From Microcystaceae cyanobacterium (GTDB lineage Bacteria; Cyanobacteriota; Cyanobacteriia; Cyanobacteriales; Microcystaceae), in the NCBI GenBank assembly GCA_051439665.1, contig JBFRWQ010000162.1, forward strand, positions 1-41,363: a stretch of DNA of 41,363 nt, written 5' to 3'. The position numbers were made by a program, and so were the translations under genes. The notes below the pieces were generated by a model. The model was not told the DNA's origin. It made no database searches and worked only from the letters and a program-made list of their open reading frames with translations. Positions 9,657 to 19,008 of this stretch are shown here, in pieces (the stretch's first letter is position 1; every line of letters starts with the position of its first letter).

Positions 9657-9782
9657 ATGACAGAATTAACGCTAGGACTTCAATTAGTGACCATTATTAG
9701 CTTAAGTTGTACCATTTTAACCCCTATTCTTCTGTGGTCATTAACCTTTCCCATCAATCAACGGGTAAAAGTCAACTATTAA
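9657..9782 (+). CDS. 41-aa predicted single-pass membrane peptide (below the ORF-track cutoff)
   Basis: AGGAAGGAG Shine-Dalgarno 6 nt upstream of the ATG. The product is MTELTLGLQLVTIISLSCTILTPILLWSLTFPINQRVKVNY, with a hydrophobic core. A strong terminator follows. Confidence 0.5.
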   Translation: MTELTLGLQLVTIISLSCTILTPILLWSLTFPINQRVKVNY

Positions 9783-9803
9783 GCTAAATTAGACAGAAAA
9801 CGA

Positions 9804-9840
9804 GGCGGAAGCAAGTGCATGATAGTTTCCGCCTTTTTTG
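9804..9840 (+). terminator. Rho-independent terminator after the small ORF
   Basis: GGCGGAA ... TTCCGCC stem followed by TTTTTTG, with an A-tract upstream, so it may work in both directions. Confidence 0.7.
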
Positions 9841-9983
9841 CTTGTTTTAGCGTTATTTCAGTGAGCAGTAACAAGTTACTATGTTTTAAAGCGGAGATTC
9901 TTGCAGAAGTGATCATGGGTTGATAGAGTAAAATCAAAATTCTTTTGACAAAAGACCCTCTAACTGTCACATAGCCAATCATC

Positions 9984-10871
9984 ATGACTTCTCCTCTTGT
10001 GTCCATTATTATTCCTGTTCTCAATGATGTTGAAGGATTGAGACAATGCCTAAAAGCGCTACAATGTCAAACCCTATCGTCTGAACAGTATGAAATTATT
10101 GTGGTAGATAATGGTTCAAGTGAAGCGATTAAGCAATGTGTGGCAGAATTTGAGCAAACTCGCTATTTAACTCAGGAAATTCCTGGCTCTTATGCTTCTC
10201 GTAATGTGGGAATAGAAGCAGCCAAAGGGTCTATTTTAGCTTTCACAGATGCTGATTGTTTACCCGTATCCATCTGGCTAGAGAAAGGAATAGAGTGCTT
10301 AAAAAATACCCCTAATGCTGGCTTAGTTGCTGGTAATATTGAGCTTTTCCCCCTAGATCCCCAGAAACCCAATGGGGTTGAGTTATTCAGCATGATAACG
10401 GATTTATGTCAAGAAAAATATATCGAAAGATTGAATTTTGGTGCAACCGCTAATGTTTTCACCTATCGTAAAGTTTTTGATGAGGTAGGATTATTTAAGA
10501 CAACCCTTAAATCAGGGGGAGATATGGAATGGGGTAAACGGGTGCATAAGGCAGGATATAAGACCGTTTATTGTGCAGAAGCAGCGATTCGTCATCCAAC
10601 CCGATCAACATGGAAATCCATCAAAGCAAAAACCTTGCGAGTGATTGGTGGAGTTCATGATATGTATCCCCCTTATTCAGCGAGAGCTTTAGTGAATAAT
10701 ATTCGCAAAGATTGGCCAAAAGGAGAAGATATCAAGAATATCATACAAGATCCTCGGATCAAATCCAATCCAGATCGCCTTAAGGTCTTAATGGTGGTTT
10801 TAGGTGTTAAATGGTTACGTTCAAGTGAACAAGTACGCCTCTTTTTTGGCGGTAAATCTCAAAATCTTTAA
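9984..10871 (+). CDS. Family 2 glycosyltransferase
   Basis: VSIIIPVLND, VVDNGS and FTDADC are the GT-A/GT2 signature elements. Confidence 0.8.
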   Translation: MTSPLVSIIIPVLNDVEGLRQCLKALQCQTLSSEQYEIIVVDNGSSEAIKQCVAEFEQTRYLTQEIPGSYASRNVGIEAAKGSILAFTDADCLPVSIWLEKGIECLKNTPNAGLVAGNIELFPLDPQKPNGVELFSMITDLCQEKYIERLNFGATANVFTYRKVFDEVGLFKTTLKSGGDMEWGKRVHKAGYKTVYCAEAAIRHPTRSTWKSIKAKTLRVIGGVHDMYPPYSARALVNNIRKDWPKGEDIKNIIQDPRIKSNPDRLKVLMVVLGVKWLRSSEQVRLFFGGKSQNL

Positions 10872-10985
10872 GATAGGATCTCATATAAGTTTAAAAAATT
10901 GGCGTAATTTTCGTACCATCGATGTTAATCTACTGCTTACTGCCCACCGAAATGACATCAGTGAGCAAAGCTATGTCCTTACGTT

Positions 10986-13406
10986 TTAACGATGGGAATG
11001 TTCCTCTAATAAGGCTTTGGCACGGGGTTTATAGATGAGATAAAATAGCGCTTCGAGGTAACGTAAAATATCCTCTCGATTTTCTTTAGAGGCAAAATTC
11101 CAGAATCCATAAATCCGTGCTAGTGACAGAAGACGGGAGGTGTGAATCTTCCAAGTATAGGTACTATAAACCCGTTCGATTGCCTGATTAGAAATCTCTG
11201 TCCAATAGTTAGGATTATGTTCACATTTGGTCACAAATTCGAGAATTTTTGCTCCCGTTTCTGCGTAATTAGTTGGATTGATATAAAAGCCATTTACCTG
11301 ATCTTGGATAATTTCCAAGGGTCCCCCGAATTGGGTGGCAAAAGTAGGAAGTCCAGAGATCATTGCTTCAAGAATGGTTAAACCAAAGGCTTCAAATAAA
11401 GCGGGTTGAATAAAAATACCTTGATGATCAGCAATGACTCGATAAACAACCCCAGAATCACTTTTAGGAAGTCGTACCCCTAACCAGCGAATTTTACCAT
11501 GCAATTCATATTGATCGATTAAGCTATACATTTTTTCAATTTCTTCTTTTTCTTCTGCATCAGTGGTATCGCTGGTGGATAATTTACCTGCAATAAGAAT
11601 CAAATTACAATGCTCTTGTAGCTCAGAAGATTGACCATAACATTCCACTAAACCCGTTAGGTTTTTGATCCGATCTAAACGTGCCATCGAAAATAAGGGG
11701 CGCTTATTCAGGTCATCTAATTTACCATAAATTTGTGCAGGATCTTCTTTGGTAAATAGTAAGTCTGCAATGGCTTCACTCTTAGTAGGAATCCGATCTT
11801 CGTGACGAGTATAGGGAAAATAAACCGTTTCATTCACCCCAGGGGGAACAACATTAAATTTAGGAGAAAATAGATCAATGCCATGAACAACATGATATAA
11901 ATCTGGCATGGTAAAGTTCTCGTAAGATTCATATTGTCCCACACTATCAGGGCGACCAACAATTTCTTGATAGGTGCTGCTAATAATGCAGTTTGCTGCA
12001 TTCATGGCAATTAGATCTGCTGTAAATTGTAAAGAAAAATGATAGTTATTTTCCAAATCTTGCCAATACAGATTACTAAATAGATATTTGGATTTTTCTA
12101 AGGCATGAGCAATAATAAACTGGGTAACATCTAAGCGCCGAGAGAGTAAGAAAGCGACAAGATTGCCATCAGAATAGTTACCAATAATTAGATCTGGTCT
12201 TCCTTGTAATTCCGCTAATAGTTCTGTTTCGGCATCAACCACATAAGTCTCTAAATAAGGCCAAATTTCAAAGCGAGAGATCCAATTTTGAGTCAGATTG
12301 GGATTAAATTCTCGGAAGGGAACTCGTAAGATCCAAGCATTATCTGTGCCATAAACTTTTTCCAAGCGCTCATTACAGCGTGTCCCATCACTATTAGGAA
12401 TTAAACGGGAGAGAATAATCACTTTAGGTTCAATTCCTAATTCTTCTAAACCTGCAAGTCGAATATCTTCTTGTAATTGCTCTTCTAAACTTCTTGCTTG
12501 ATCTAAAACATAAACTACTTGTCCCCCTGTATCTGGCCGGCCTAACACTCCTTCTTGGCCAAACCAACCATGTACCGAGACTAAAACAATACGGAAAATC
12601 ATGGGAATACGAGAGAGAAAATTCTGCCATGATTGAGGATCAGGAGAATCAATTAACTCATCTAAAATATTTAAGGTTTCTTTGACCCTTCCTGCTGTAT
12701 TTCCCCATCCTGGTTCAAATCCCATTGCTTGTAGTTCATAACGAAATTCTTCATAGGGTTTATCATCAGGTAAATGGCTAACAAAACCAAGCGCTTCTTT
12801 GACTTGATCAGATAATTGCTGTTGATTATTAATGCGACCATTGATCAATAAAATAATGCCATTGTATTGATGAAGACTCAAGAATTTATAGAGGATATCT
12901 AACCCCAGATTAGGATCTTGAAAGAGCTTACTAGAGAGAAAACGATTTAAAAATTGTACCCCTTTACCGATATTTTTCGAGTCACGAATACTAGGGGAAT
13001 AATCATAGAAAGGTTTAAAGTCAATTTCAAACACATCTCCTTCTTCGGGATGGTAATGATTGACAAAGCGATCACGCACATCTAGTAATTGTTGAGGGGT
13101 TAAAGCATCAACACTGAGGTCTTCGTAAAGGCGATAATATTGATTTTTAGCAATTTTCGGTCGATAGACAATACATAAACTTTGTCCATCTAAAATAATT
13201 TCTTGAGTATAATAGATTAATCGACTCAGACGTGAGTGAAGATGAAACTCCTCGTTTTTTTGATAGTTTTTACAATAGTTTTCAAAAGCCGAAACAATGT
13301 CATTTCTCAGTAAATATGTATGCTCTGATTGACGGAGTTGATCGATAAATTGTAATAATTCAATTTTCTCATCTGAGTTGACAATTTGTTCAATCACTTG
13401 CTTCAT
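10986..13406 (-). CDS. susA: Sucrose synthase
   Basis: 806 aa. PDTGGQVVYVLDQ and a C-terminal GT-B glycosyltransferase domain (EAFGLTILEAM). The length and layout match cyanobacterial and plant SuS. Confidence 0.85.
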   Translation of the reverse strand: MKQVIEQIVNSDEKIELLQFIDQLRQSEHTYLLRNDIVSAFENYCKNYQKNEEFHLHSRLSRLIYYTQEIILDGQSLCIVYRPKIAKNQYYRLYEDLSVDALTPQQLLDVRDRFVNHYHPEEGDVFEIDFKPFYDYSPSIRDSKNIGKGVQFLNRFLSSKLFQDPNLGLDILYKFLSLHQYNGIILLINGRINNQQQLSDQVKEALGFVSHLPDDKPYEEFRYELQAMGFEPGWGNTAGRVKETLNILDELIDSPDPQSWQNFLSRIPMIFRIVLVSVHGWFGQEGVLGRPDTGGQVVYVLDQARSLEEQLQEDIRLAGLEELGIEPKVIILSRLIPNSDGTRCNERLEKVYGTDNAWILRVPFREFNPNLTQNWISRFEIWPYLETYVVDAETELLAELQGRPDLIIGNYSDGNLVAFLLSRRLDVTQFIIAHALEKSKYLFSNLYWQDLENNYHFSLQFTADLIAMNAANCIISSTYQEIVGRPDSVGQYESYENFTMPDLYHVVHGIDLFSPKFNVVPPGVNETVYFPYTRHEDRIPTKSEAIADLLFTKEDPAQIYGKLDDLNKRPLFSMARLDRIKNLTGLVECYGQSSELQEHCNLILIAGKLSTSDTTDAEEKEEIEKMYSLIDQYELHGKIRWLGVRLPKSDSGVVYRVIADHQGIFIQPALFEAFGLTILEAMISGLPTFATQFGGPLEIIQDQVNGFYINPTNYAETGAKILEFVTKCEHNPNYWTEISNQAIERVYSTYTWKIHTSRLLSLARIYGFWNFASKENREDILRYLEALFYLIYKPRAKALLEEHSHR

Positions 13407-13842
13407 GACAATTCTCCACTAAAATTAAGTAACAATTGCGACCCTAAGTAGTCAAATTAAAAGGCTATTGACCCCCAAACTGGTAAGAAGTTCAGTTAGG
13501 TGATTTTTGACCTAAGATATACCTACTTTTCTAATTATTTCTCCCCTTTATAAGGGTGGTTAGGGAGGAGCATAAGGGATCTTAACTGTCAGAAATCACC
13601 TTACTCTAAGACGAGAAATCAAGGTTGCACCCAGGCCAATTAGAGAGGTATTTTGGCTATCTTTGAGGTTAGACGAAAAATTATTGAGGATATCCATCCT
13701 TTAAAGTAACATTTTTTGGAGAATCAGCGCAACTGCTCATTTTTTTGAGATGAGCCATTAAATTATCCTTAAGATTTGGTAATTTTGAGAAGAATGACTA
13801 TGATAGGGATAAATCAACTCAAGGTTAAGCCTAATATCTATC

Positions 13843-14394
13843 ATGTCCAAGCTGATTAAACCGATTCCTAGTCTAGAAGAACAGCGTAGAGAACAAGAAA
13901 AACTTCATGATACCCTATTGTTGCTTGACCATCTTTTCAAACGGGAAGAAACCACAGCGAAGATGATCTTGGGGAATTTATATGATATCGCTACAGTTAA
14001 CCTGATTAATAATAAAGTTCCCCTGAAAATGGCGAGTCCTTTGTTAAAACTCTTTGCTACGACGGCTAAACCCCTTGCTTCTGTCGTTGCTGTTCGTGCA
14101 TTCCAAGCTTTGTGTCCTAAACTGATAGCTGATTATCTCTATTCTTTGGTAGAATTTAAGCCTCAAGACACAACTTCAATAGAAGTCCTAGAAATAGACT
14201 CCTTATCTCGTCCTGAAATGGAAGCAAAATTGCAGCAAGTTAAGCAATTACAGGGTAGAGTGAGGTTTTTAACGGGCAGTTTGGTGGCAACTCTAGCGCT
14301 CTTTGCAGGAAGCTCTTTATTTGTCGCTCATAGACTAGGAGTACAACCCCAAGACATTGTACAACCCACACAAACCGTCATCGATGATCGATAA
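13843..14394 (+). CDS. Hypothetical protein with a C-terminal transmembrane segment
   Basis: 183-aa ORF with a TM-like stretch LTGSLVATLALFAGSSLFVA. No recognised family. Confidence 0.5.
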   Translation: MSKLIKPIPSLEEQRREQEKLHDTLLLLDHLFKREETTAKMILGNLYDIATVNLINNKVPLKMASPLLKLFATTAKPLASVVAVRAFQALCPKLIADYLYSLVEFKPQDTTSIEVLEIDSLSRPEMEAKLQQVKQLQGRVRFLTGSLVATLALFAGSSLFVAHRLGVQPQDIVQPTQTVIDDR

Positions 14395-14735
14395 ATGACA
14401 TTAAGACTTACAGTCATCTTTGTCTGTTAATTTTAGCGATGAGCGCTATTTCTCCTACCTCCTCACAAACCATTTATATAAACCATCAGCACTAAGATTC
14501 AGAGATTTTAAGAATAGTTTAGTTTTTGATTCTTCTCTGAGAACTTTTGTTAATATGTCGCCATACTTTATCAAATTAGCCATTGCAAAGTAACCTCTTG
14601 ATTAAGATAGTAAACAATTATAGTCGTTTAAAATAAGTTTGAGACACCCAGAATGTAAGCATCTTGCTCACTATCACAACAACAAACGATGAGGTTTAAA
14701 ATCAGAAAAGAAACTTTAACCAGATATCACACAGA

Positions 14736-17297
14736 ATGCCTAACCTCTACTTTGACACTGAAAAAAACAATCGTAAATCTTTTGAACTCCCTGGCGCTAA
14801 ACCCCATTATAATCCTGATCGCCCTGGTCAAGTTAACCACATATTTCTGGATTTAAGCCTAGATATTCCTAATAAATCCTTTCAAGGCATCTGTCATATA
14901 ACCTTAACCCCTGTACGTCGAGGAATCACTCAATTAACCCTAGATGCAGTCAATCTCAACATCACCTCAGTGTTAATAGATGAGATCAGTCAACCCTTTG
15001 ACTACGATGGCGAAAAACTGGTTATTCAACTCTTAAAACCCACAACTGAGCAAACTTGCGTTCTTTCTATTGCTTATAACGTTTCTCATCCCCAACGGGG
15101 ACTATACTTTATCGCACCTGATGAACACTATCCTAACAAACCTACCCAGGTGTGGACTCAAGGGGAAGACGAAGACTCCCGCTTCTGGTTTCCTTGTTTT
15201 GACTATCCTGGCCAGTTAGCAACATCAGAAATTCGAGTAAAAGTCCCTAAACCTTACCTTGCTATCTCTAATGGCGAGTTAATAGCCACAGAAGATCAAG
15301 GAGAGGAAATTATCTATCACTGGTCACAAAAACAGGTACATCCTACCTATTTAATGACCTTAGCCGTGGGTGACTTTGCCGAAATCAAAGATAGTTGGAA
15401 CGACATTCCTGTCACCTATTATGTAGAAAAAGGACGAGAAGCAGATGGACAGCGTAGCATGGGTAAAACCCCTGACATGATAGCCTTTTTTAGCGAGAAA
15501 TTTGGTTATCCTTATCCTTACCCTAAATATGCTCAGGTGTGCGTGGATGACTTCATTTTTGGCGGAATGGAGAATACTTCTACTACTTTGTTAACCAATC
15601 GCTGTTTATTGGATGAACGGGCTACCATTGATAATATGCGGACAGAAAGCTTAGTCGCCCATGAATTAGCCCATCAGTGGTTTGGCGATTTGGTGGTAAT
15701 CAAACATTGGTCACACGCATGGATTAAAGAAGGAATGGCTTCTTATTCAGAGGTATTGTGGACTGAGAAAGAATATGGCAAGGATGATGCCGCTTATTAC
15801 CTCTTAGGAGAAGCAAGAAGCTATTTACAAGAAGATTCTAGTCGGTATCGTCGTCCTATTGTGACGAATGTTTACCGAGAAGCGATCGAATTATATGATC
15901 GTCATTTGTATGAAAAGGGCGCTTGTGTTTATCATATCATTCATACCATCTTAGGCAGTGAGTTATTTGATAAAGCGATTCATACTTTTGTCCAGGAGAA
16001 TGCCCATAAAACGGTTGAAACCATCGATTTATTACGAGCCATTGATCAAGCAACTGGATATAATCTTATGTTTATCTTTGATCAATATGTCTTTCGAGGT
16101 GGACATCCTGATTATAAGGTGGGATATAGTTGGGATGGTGATAGTAATCTCGCTAAATTAACCGTTACCCAAACCCAAGGCAAAGAGGATGAAAAAGCAT
16201 TATTTGATTTAAAAATTCCTATTGCATTTGGTTATGTTGATGGTGATGTCACTCAGAAAACCTTTACCTTGCGTATCTATGAATATGAGCAGAGTTTCTA
16301 TTTTCCCTTAGAGAAGAAACCTGATTTTATTAGCTTCGATGTGGGCAACAATTTCTTAAAAACCGTTGAATTAGAATACCCAATTGCTGAATTAAAGGCA
16401 CAATTAAAGCATGATCCCGATCCCATTGCCCGTATCTACGCAGGAAAAGCGCTGGCTAAAAAAGGCGGTTTAGAAGTAATTGAAGCGCTAAAAAGCAGTT
16501 TAACCAAAGATCCCTTTTGGGGAGTCCGTCTAGAGTCAGCCAAGCACCTTGCAACCATTAAATTAGATCAAGCAGGTGGCGCTTTAATAGAAGGATTGCA
16601 GGATAAAGACGCAAAAGTGCGTCGTGCAGTGATAGGGGGCTTAAGTAAGATTAAAACCCTGCAAAGTTATGAACACATCAAGCAGACTCTAGAAAATGGA
16701 GATCCCAGTTACACAGTAGAGTCAACTACAGCCCGTTGTTTAGGGAGTATGGTATCAGGTAATTTGAAAGAAAAAGAGTCAGAAGTAATTGAAATCTTGC
16801 AAAAAGTTTTAAAAGAACGTGCAGGATGGAATGAAGTGGTACGATCAGGTGCAATTGGTGGTTTAAGTCAGCTTAAGACTTCTCCCGTTGCAGTAGATGT
16901 CATTGCAGAATACACTAAATTAGGAACACCTCAACCTTTACGGTTAGCTGCTATCCGTGCATTAGGAAGTATTTCTACGGGACAAACTCCCGACAAATTA
17001 GAGGCAATTTTAGAACAATTAGAAGCTATTTCCCAAGAGAGTTTCTTCTTAACTCAAGTTGCCGTTTCTGGTGCATTGGGACAGATGGAAACAGCCAAAG
17101 CAGTCTCTATTCTACAAAGTTTAGCAGACCAAACCCCCGATGGCCGAGTGCGACGGAAGGCTGAGGAAGCAATGGGTAAAGTACGGAAGAAACTAGGATC
17201 TGATAAGGAGCTTAAGTCATTACGGGAGGATTTAGATCAACTGAAGCAAGAAAATCAGCAGTTAAAAAGTCGTTTAGCTAAGTTAGAAGCTAAGTAA
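14736..17297 (+). CDS. M1-family aminopeptidase (aminopeptidase N-like) with C-terminal HEAT repeats and a coiled-coil tail
   Basis: GGMEN exopeptidase motif, HELAHQWFGD...E zinc motif, C-terminal repeats (DPxxxVRxxAxxxLG) and a terminal heptad-like LKSLREDLDQLKQENQQLKSRLAKLEAK. Confidence 0.85.
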   Translation: MPNLYFDTEKNNRKSFELPGAKPHYNPDRPGQVNHIFLDLSLDIPNKSFQGICHITLTPVRRGITQLTLDAVNLNITSVLIDEISQPFDYDGEKLVIQLLKPTTEQTCVLSIAYNVSHPQRGLYFIAPDEHYPNKPTQVWTQGEDEDSRFWFPCFDYPGQLATSEIRVKVPKPYLAISNGELIATEDQGEEIIYHWSQKQVHPTYLMTLAVGDFAEIKDSWNDIPVTYYVEKGREADGQRSMGKTPDMIAFFSEKFGYPYPYPKYAQVCVDDFIFGGMENTSTTLLTNRCLLDERATIDNMRTESLVAHELAHQWFGDLVVIKHWSHAWIKEGMASYSEVLWTEKEYGKDDAAYYLLGEARSYLQEDSSRYRRPIVTNVYREAIELYDRHLYEKGACVYHIIHTILGSELFDKAIHTFVQENAHKTVETIDLLRAIDQATGYNLMFIFDQYVFRGGHPDYKVGYSWDGDSNLAKLTVTQTQGKEDEKALFDLKIPIAFGYVDGDVTQKTFTLRIYEYEQSFYFPLEKKPDFISFDVGNNFLKTVELEYPIAELKAQLKHDPDPIARIYAGKALAKKGGLEVIEALKSSLTKDPFWGVRLESAKHLATIKLDQAGGALIEGLQDKDAKVRRAVIGGLSKIKTLQSYEHIKQTLENGDPSYTVESTTARCLGSMVSGNLKEKESEVIEILQKVLKERAGWNEVVRSGAIGGLSQLKTSPVAVDVIAEYTKLGTPQPLRLAAIRALGSISTGQTPDKLEAILEQLEAISQESFFLTQVAVSGALGQMETAKAVSILQSLADQTPDGRVRRKAEEAMGKVRKKLGSDKELKSLREDLDQLKQENQQLKSRLAKLEAK

Positions 17298-17489
17298 CTT
17301 GATTTTAGGGTGGGAGCGCTTTCTCTCACCTATTAAGCGAGTGGTCCCAAACCAAATGCTACCATAGATGTACTAAGTTACACTAATCATAGTCATGGAT
17401 TTTCAAAAGGGACAAGTATGGAGATATAAAACAAGAGATTGGAAACAGTCTTGTTTAGTTTATATTGCAGAAGTAACAGAAATAGATAG

Positions 17490-18278
17490 CTACTTTATCC
17501 AGATAGGTTGAGGAGAAGTATCATATTTACGAAGAATTTCTTTCGCTACTTTTTTGCTTAAAATATCAGATTTATAATTTTTCATTATTTTACTTGTGGA
17601 CATCATTGATCTTGATAATAAGAGAGAAACAGCTTCCTTTTTTTGATCATTGTTCAAATGAATAACTTTATCTAATCTTAAAAAAGTTTTGGCAATTTGT
17701 TCCCAAATCATAATTTCTGACTCAGGTTCAATATCTCTTGAAAAATTATCAATATGATCTTTAAGATTATCATTAAATACATCTCTCAAAATATTAAAAA
17801 TTATTTCTATTCGTTGTTTTTGTTGTTGGGTTAAGTTGCTAGTTCCAATAGGTGAAGGAACTAAACGATCAAGGTTTACTAATATGGTAAATGAATCGTC
17901 ATAAGACTCTTTGAATATCAAATCATTTTTTTCTTCTTGTTGATTATTAATGACTATTATATTATGAACTTCTAAATTACACTTCTTGTTGATTTTTATA
18001 CAAATATCATAAATTACCTTTTTGGCAACTTTTATTGAAACAATGAAAAACTCTCTCCTGTGATTAACTCTATAAGAGTTTAATGTTTCATGAATTTGTT
18101 TTTCTGCTAAACTGCAATCAGCAACTTTACAAGCCAAAGCAACTGTAAAAGGTTCAGGAACACCCGTTGTAAATAATTCCTTCCCTCGAATATTAGGTTC
18201 TCTGGTTGTCATACCAATTTTCACAACATTATGCCCAAATGATTCATTTTGCAATAAATAAATGTAACCTTCCTTCAT
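17490..18278 (-). CDS. T5orf172 / MUG113 (GIY-YIG superfamily-like) domain protein with an uncharacterised C-terminal helical region
   Basis: N-terminus GYIYLLQNESFGHNVVKIGMTTREPNIRGKEL...PEPF...HETLNSYRVNHRREFF matches the T5orf172 pattern. AAGGAG Shine-Dalgarno before the ATG. Very AT-rich. Confidence 0.65.
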   Translation of the reverse strand: MKEGYIYLLQNESFGHNVVKIGMTTREPNIRGKELFTTGVPEPFTVALACKVADCSLAEKQIHETLNSYRVNHRREFFIVSIKVAKKVIYDICIKINKKCNLEVHNIIVINNQQEEKNDLIFKESYDDSFTILVNLDRLVPSPIGTSNLTQQQKQRIEIIFNILRDVFNDNLKDHIDNFSRDIEPESEIMIWEQIAKTFLRLDKVIHLNNDQKKEAVSLLLSRSMMSTSKIMKNYKSDILSKKVAKEILRKYDTSPQPIWIK

Positions 18279-18358
18279 TTTTTGCTCCTTAGTATGTTAC
18301 ATTATCAGAAAAGCTACCTCTTATTATAGTCTATTAGTTCTTATTTTTGCTAAATGCT

Positions 18359-18640
18359 ATGATTCAATCATTTAAACATAAAGGATTACGTAAACTGTTT
18401 GAAGATTATAATCGTAAAGGAGTCCAACCAGAATATGCATAAAAGCTGTTAGATATTCTAGATCGCTTAAATGCGGCATCTGTCATCCAAGATATGAGTT
18501 ATCCTAGTTCTAGGCTACATCAATTAAAAGGCGATCGCAAAAATGAATGGTCAGTCAGTGTCTCAGGAAATTGGCGAGTGAACTTTAAATTTGTGGATGG
18601 AGATGCTTATGATGTTAACTATGAAGACTATCATGCTTGA
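18359..18640 (+). pseudogene. higB: HigB-type (killer protein, RelE/ParE superfamily) toxin gene interrupted by an in-frame TAA
   Basis: The translation is MIQSFKHKGLRKLFEDYNRKGVQPEYA*KLLDILDRLNAA...LHQLKGDRKNEWSVSVSGNWRVNFKF..VNYEDYHA. The stop lies at 18440-18442. The rest of the frame is intact and family-typical. Confidence 0.8.
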
Positions 18641-18649
18641 GAACGTAAA

Positions 18650-18949
18650 ATGATGACTAAGCGCAAACCTAGACACCCAGGGGGAATTATTCAACGTCAA
18701 TATCTTGAACCACTTAATTTAAGCATTAAAGACTTAGCAGACATTCTACAAGTTTCTGAATCTATTTTGTCTGATATTATTAATGAACAGACTGGGATTA
18801 CCCCTGACATAGCATTACGGTTATCTATTGCACTGCAAACAACGCCTGATTTATGGTTAAATCTTCAGAAAAATTATGATTTGTGGTGTGCGGCTAATTG
18901 TTCTGATGAATGGCAAAAAGTAACACCAATTGCTCTAAAAGTTTCGTAG
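18650..18949 (+). CDS. higA: HigA-family antitoxin (XRE-type HTH)
   Basis: RHPGGIIQRQYLEPLNLSIKDLADILQVS...ITPDIALRLSIAL.TTPDLWLNLQKNYDLW. It starts 10 nt after the higB stop. Confidence 0.85.
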   Translation: MMTKRKPRHPGGIIQRQYLEPLNLSIKDLADILQVSESILSDIINEQTGITPDIALRLSIALQTTPDLWLNLQKNYDLWCAANCSDEWQKVTPIALKVS

Positions 18950-19008
18950 AATTTAGAAGGAGTTTTATTTTGAGGTGGGAGAGTAAAAATTTCTATTATC
19001 TCATTGTT

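Noticed and set aside
9779-10024. 81-aa minus-strand ORF.
   Set aside because: It spans the terminator hairpin at 9804-9840 and overlaps the GT2 start. It has no motif or ribosome-binding site.
10804-10989. 61-aa plus-strand ORF bridging the end of GT2 and the end of susA.
   Set aside because: It overlaps the 3' end of the well-supported GT2 gene in another frame and has no supporting signal.
17314-17335. Hairpin GGTGGGAG-cgcttt-CTCTCACC after the aminopeptidase gene, considered as a terminator.
   Set aside because: The stem is plausible with one G-U pair, but no T-tract follows, so I did not list it as a terminator.
17395-17511. 38-codon ORF (MDFQKGQVWRYKTRDWKQSCLVYIAEVTEIDSYFIQIG) whose 3' end overlaps the T5orf172 stop. 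It could be the truncated N-terminus of a gene disrupted by insertion of the islet.
   Set aside because: It is too short, has no ribosome-binding site, and the family resemblance is only a vague memory. It is worth a blastx but not reportable as a gene.
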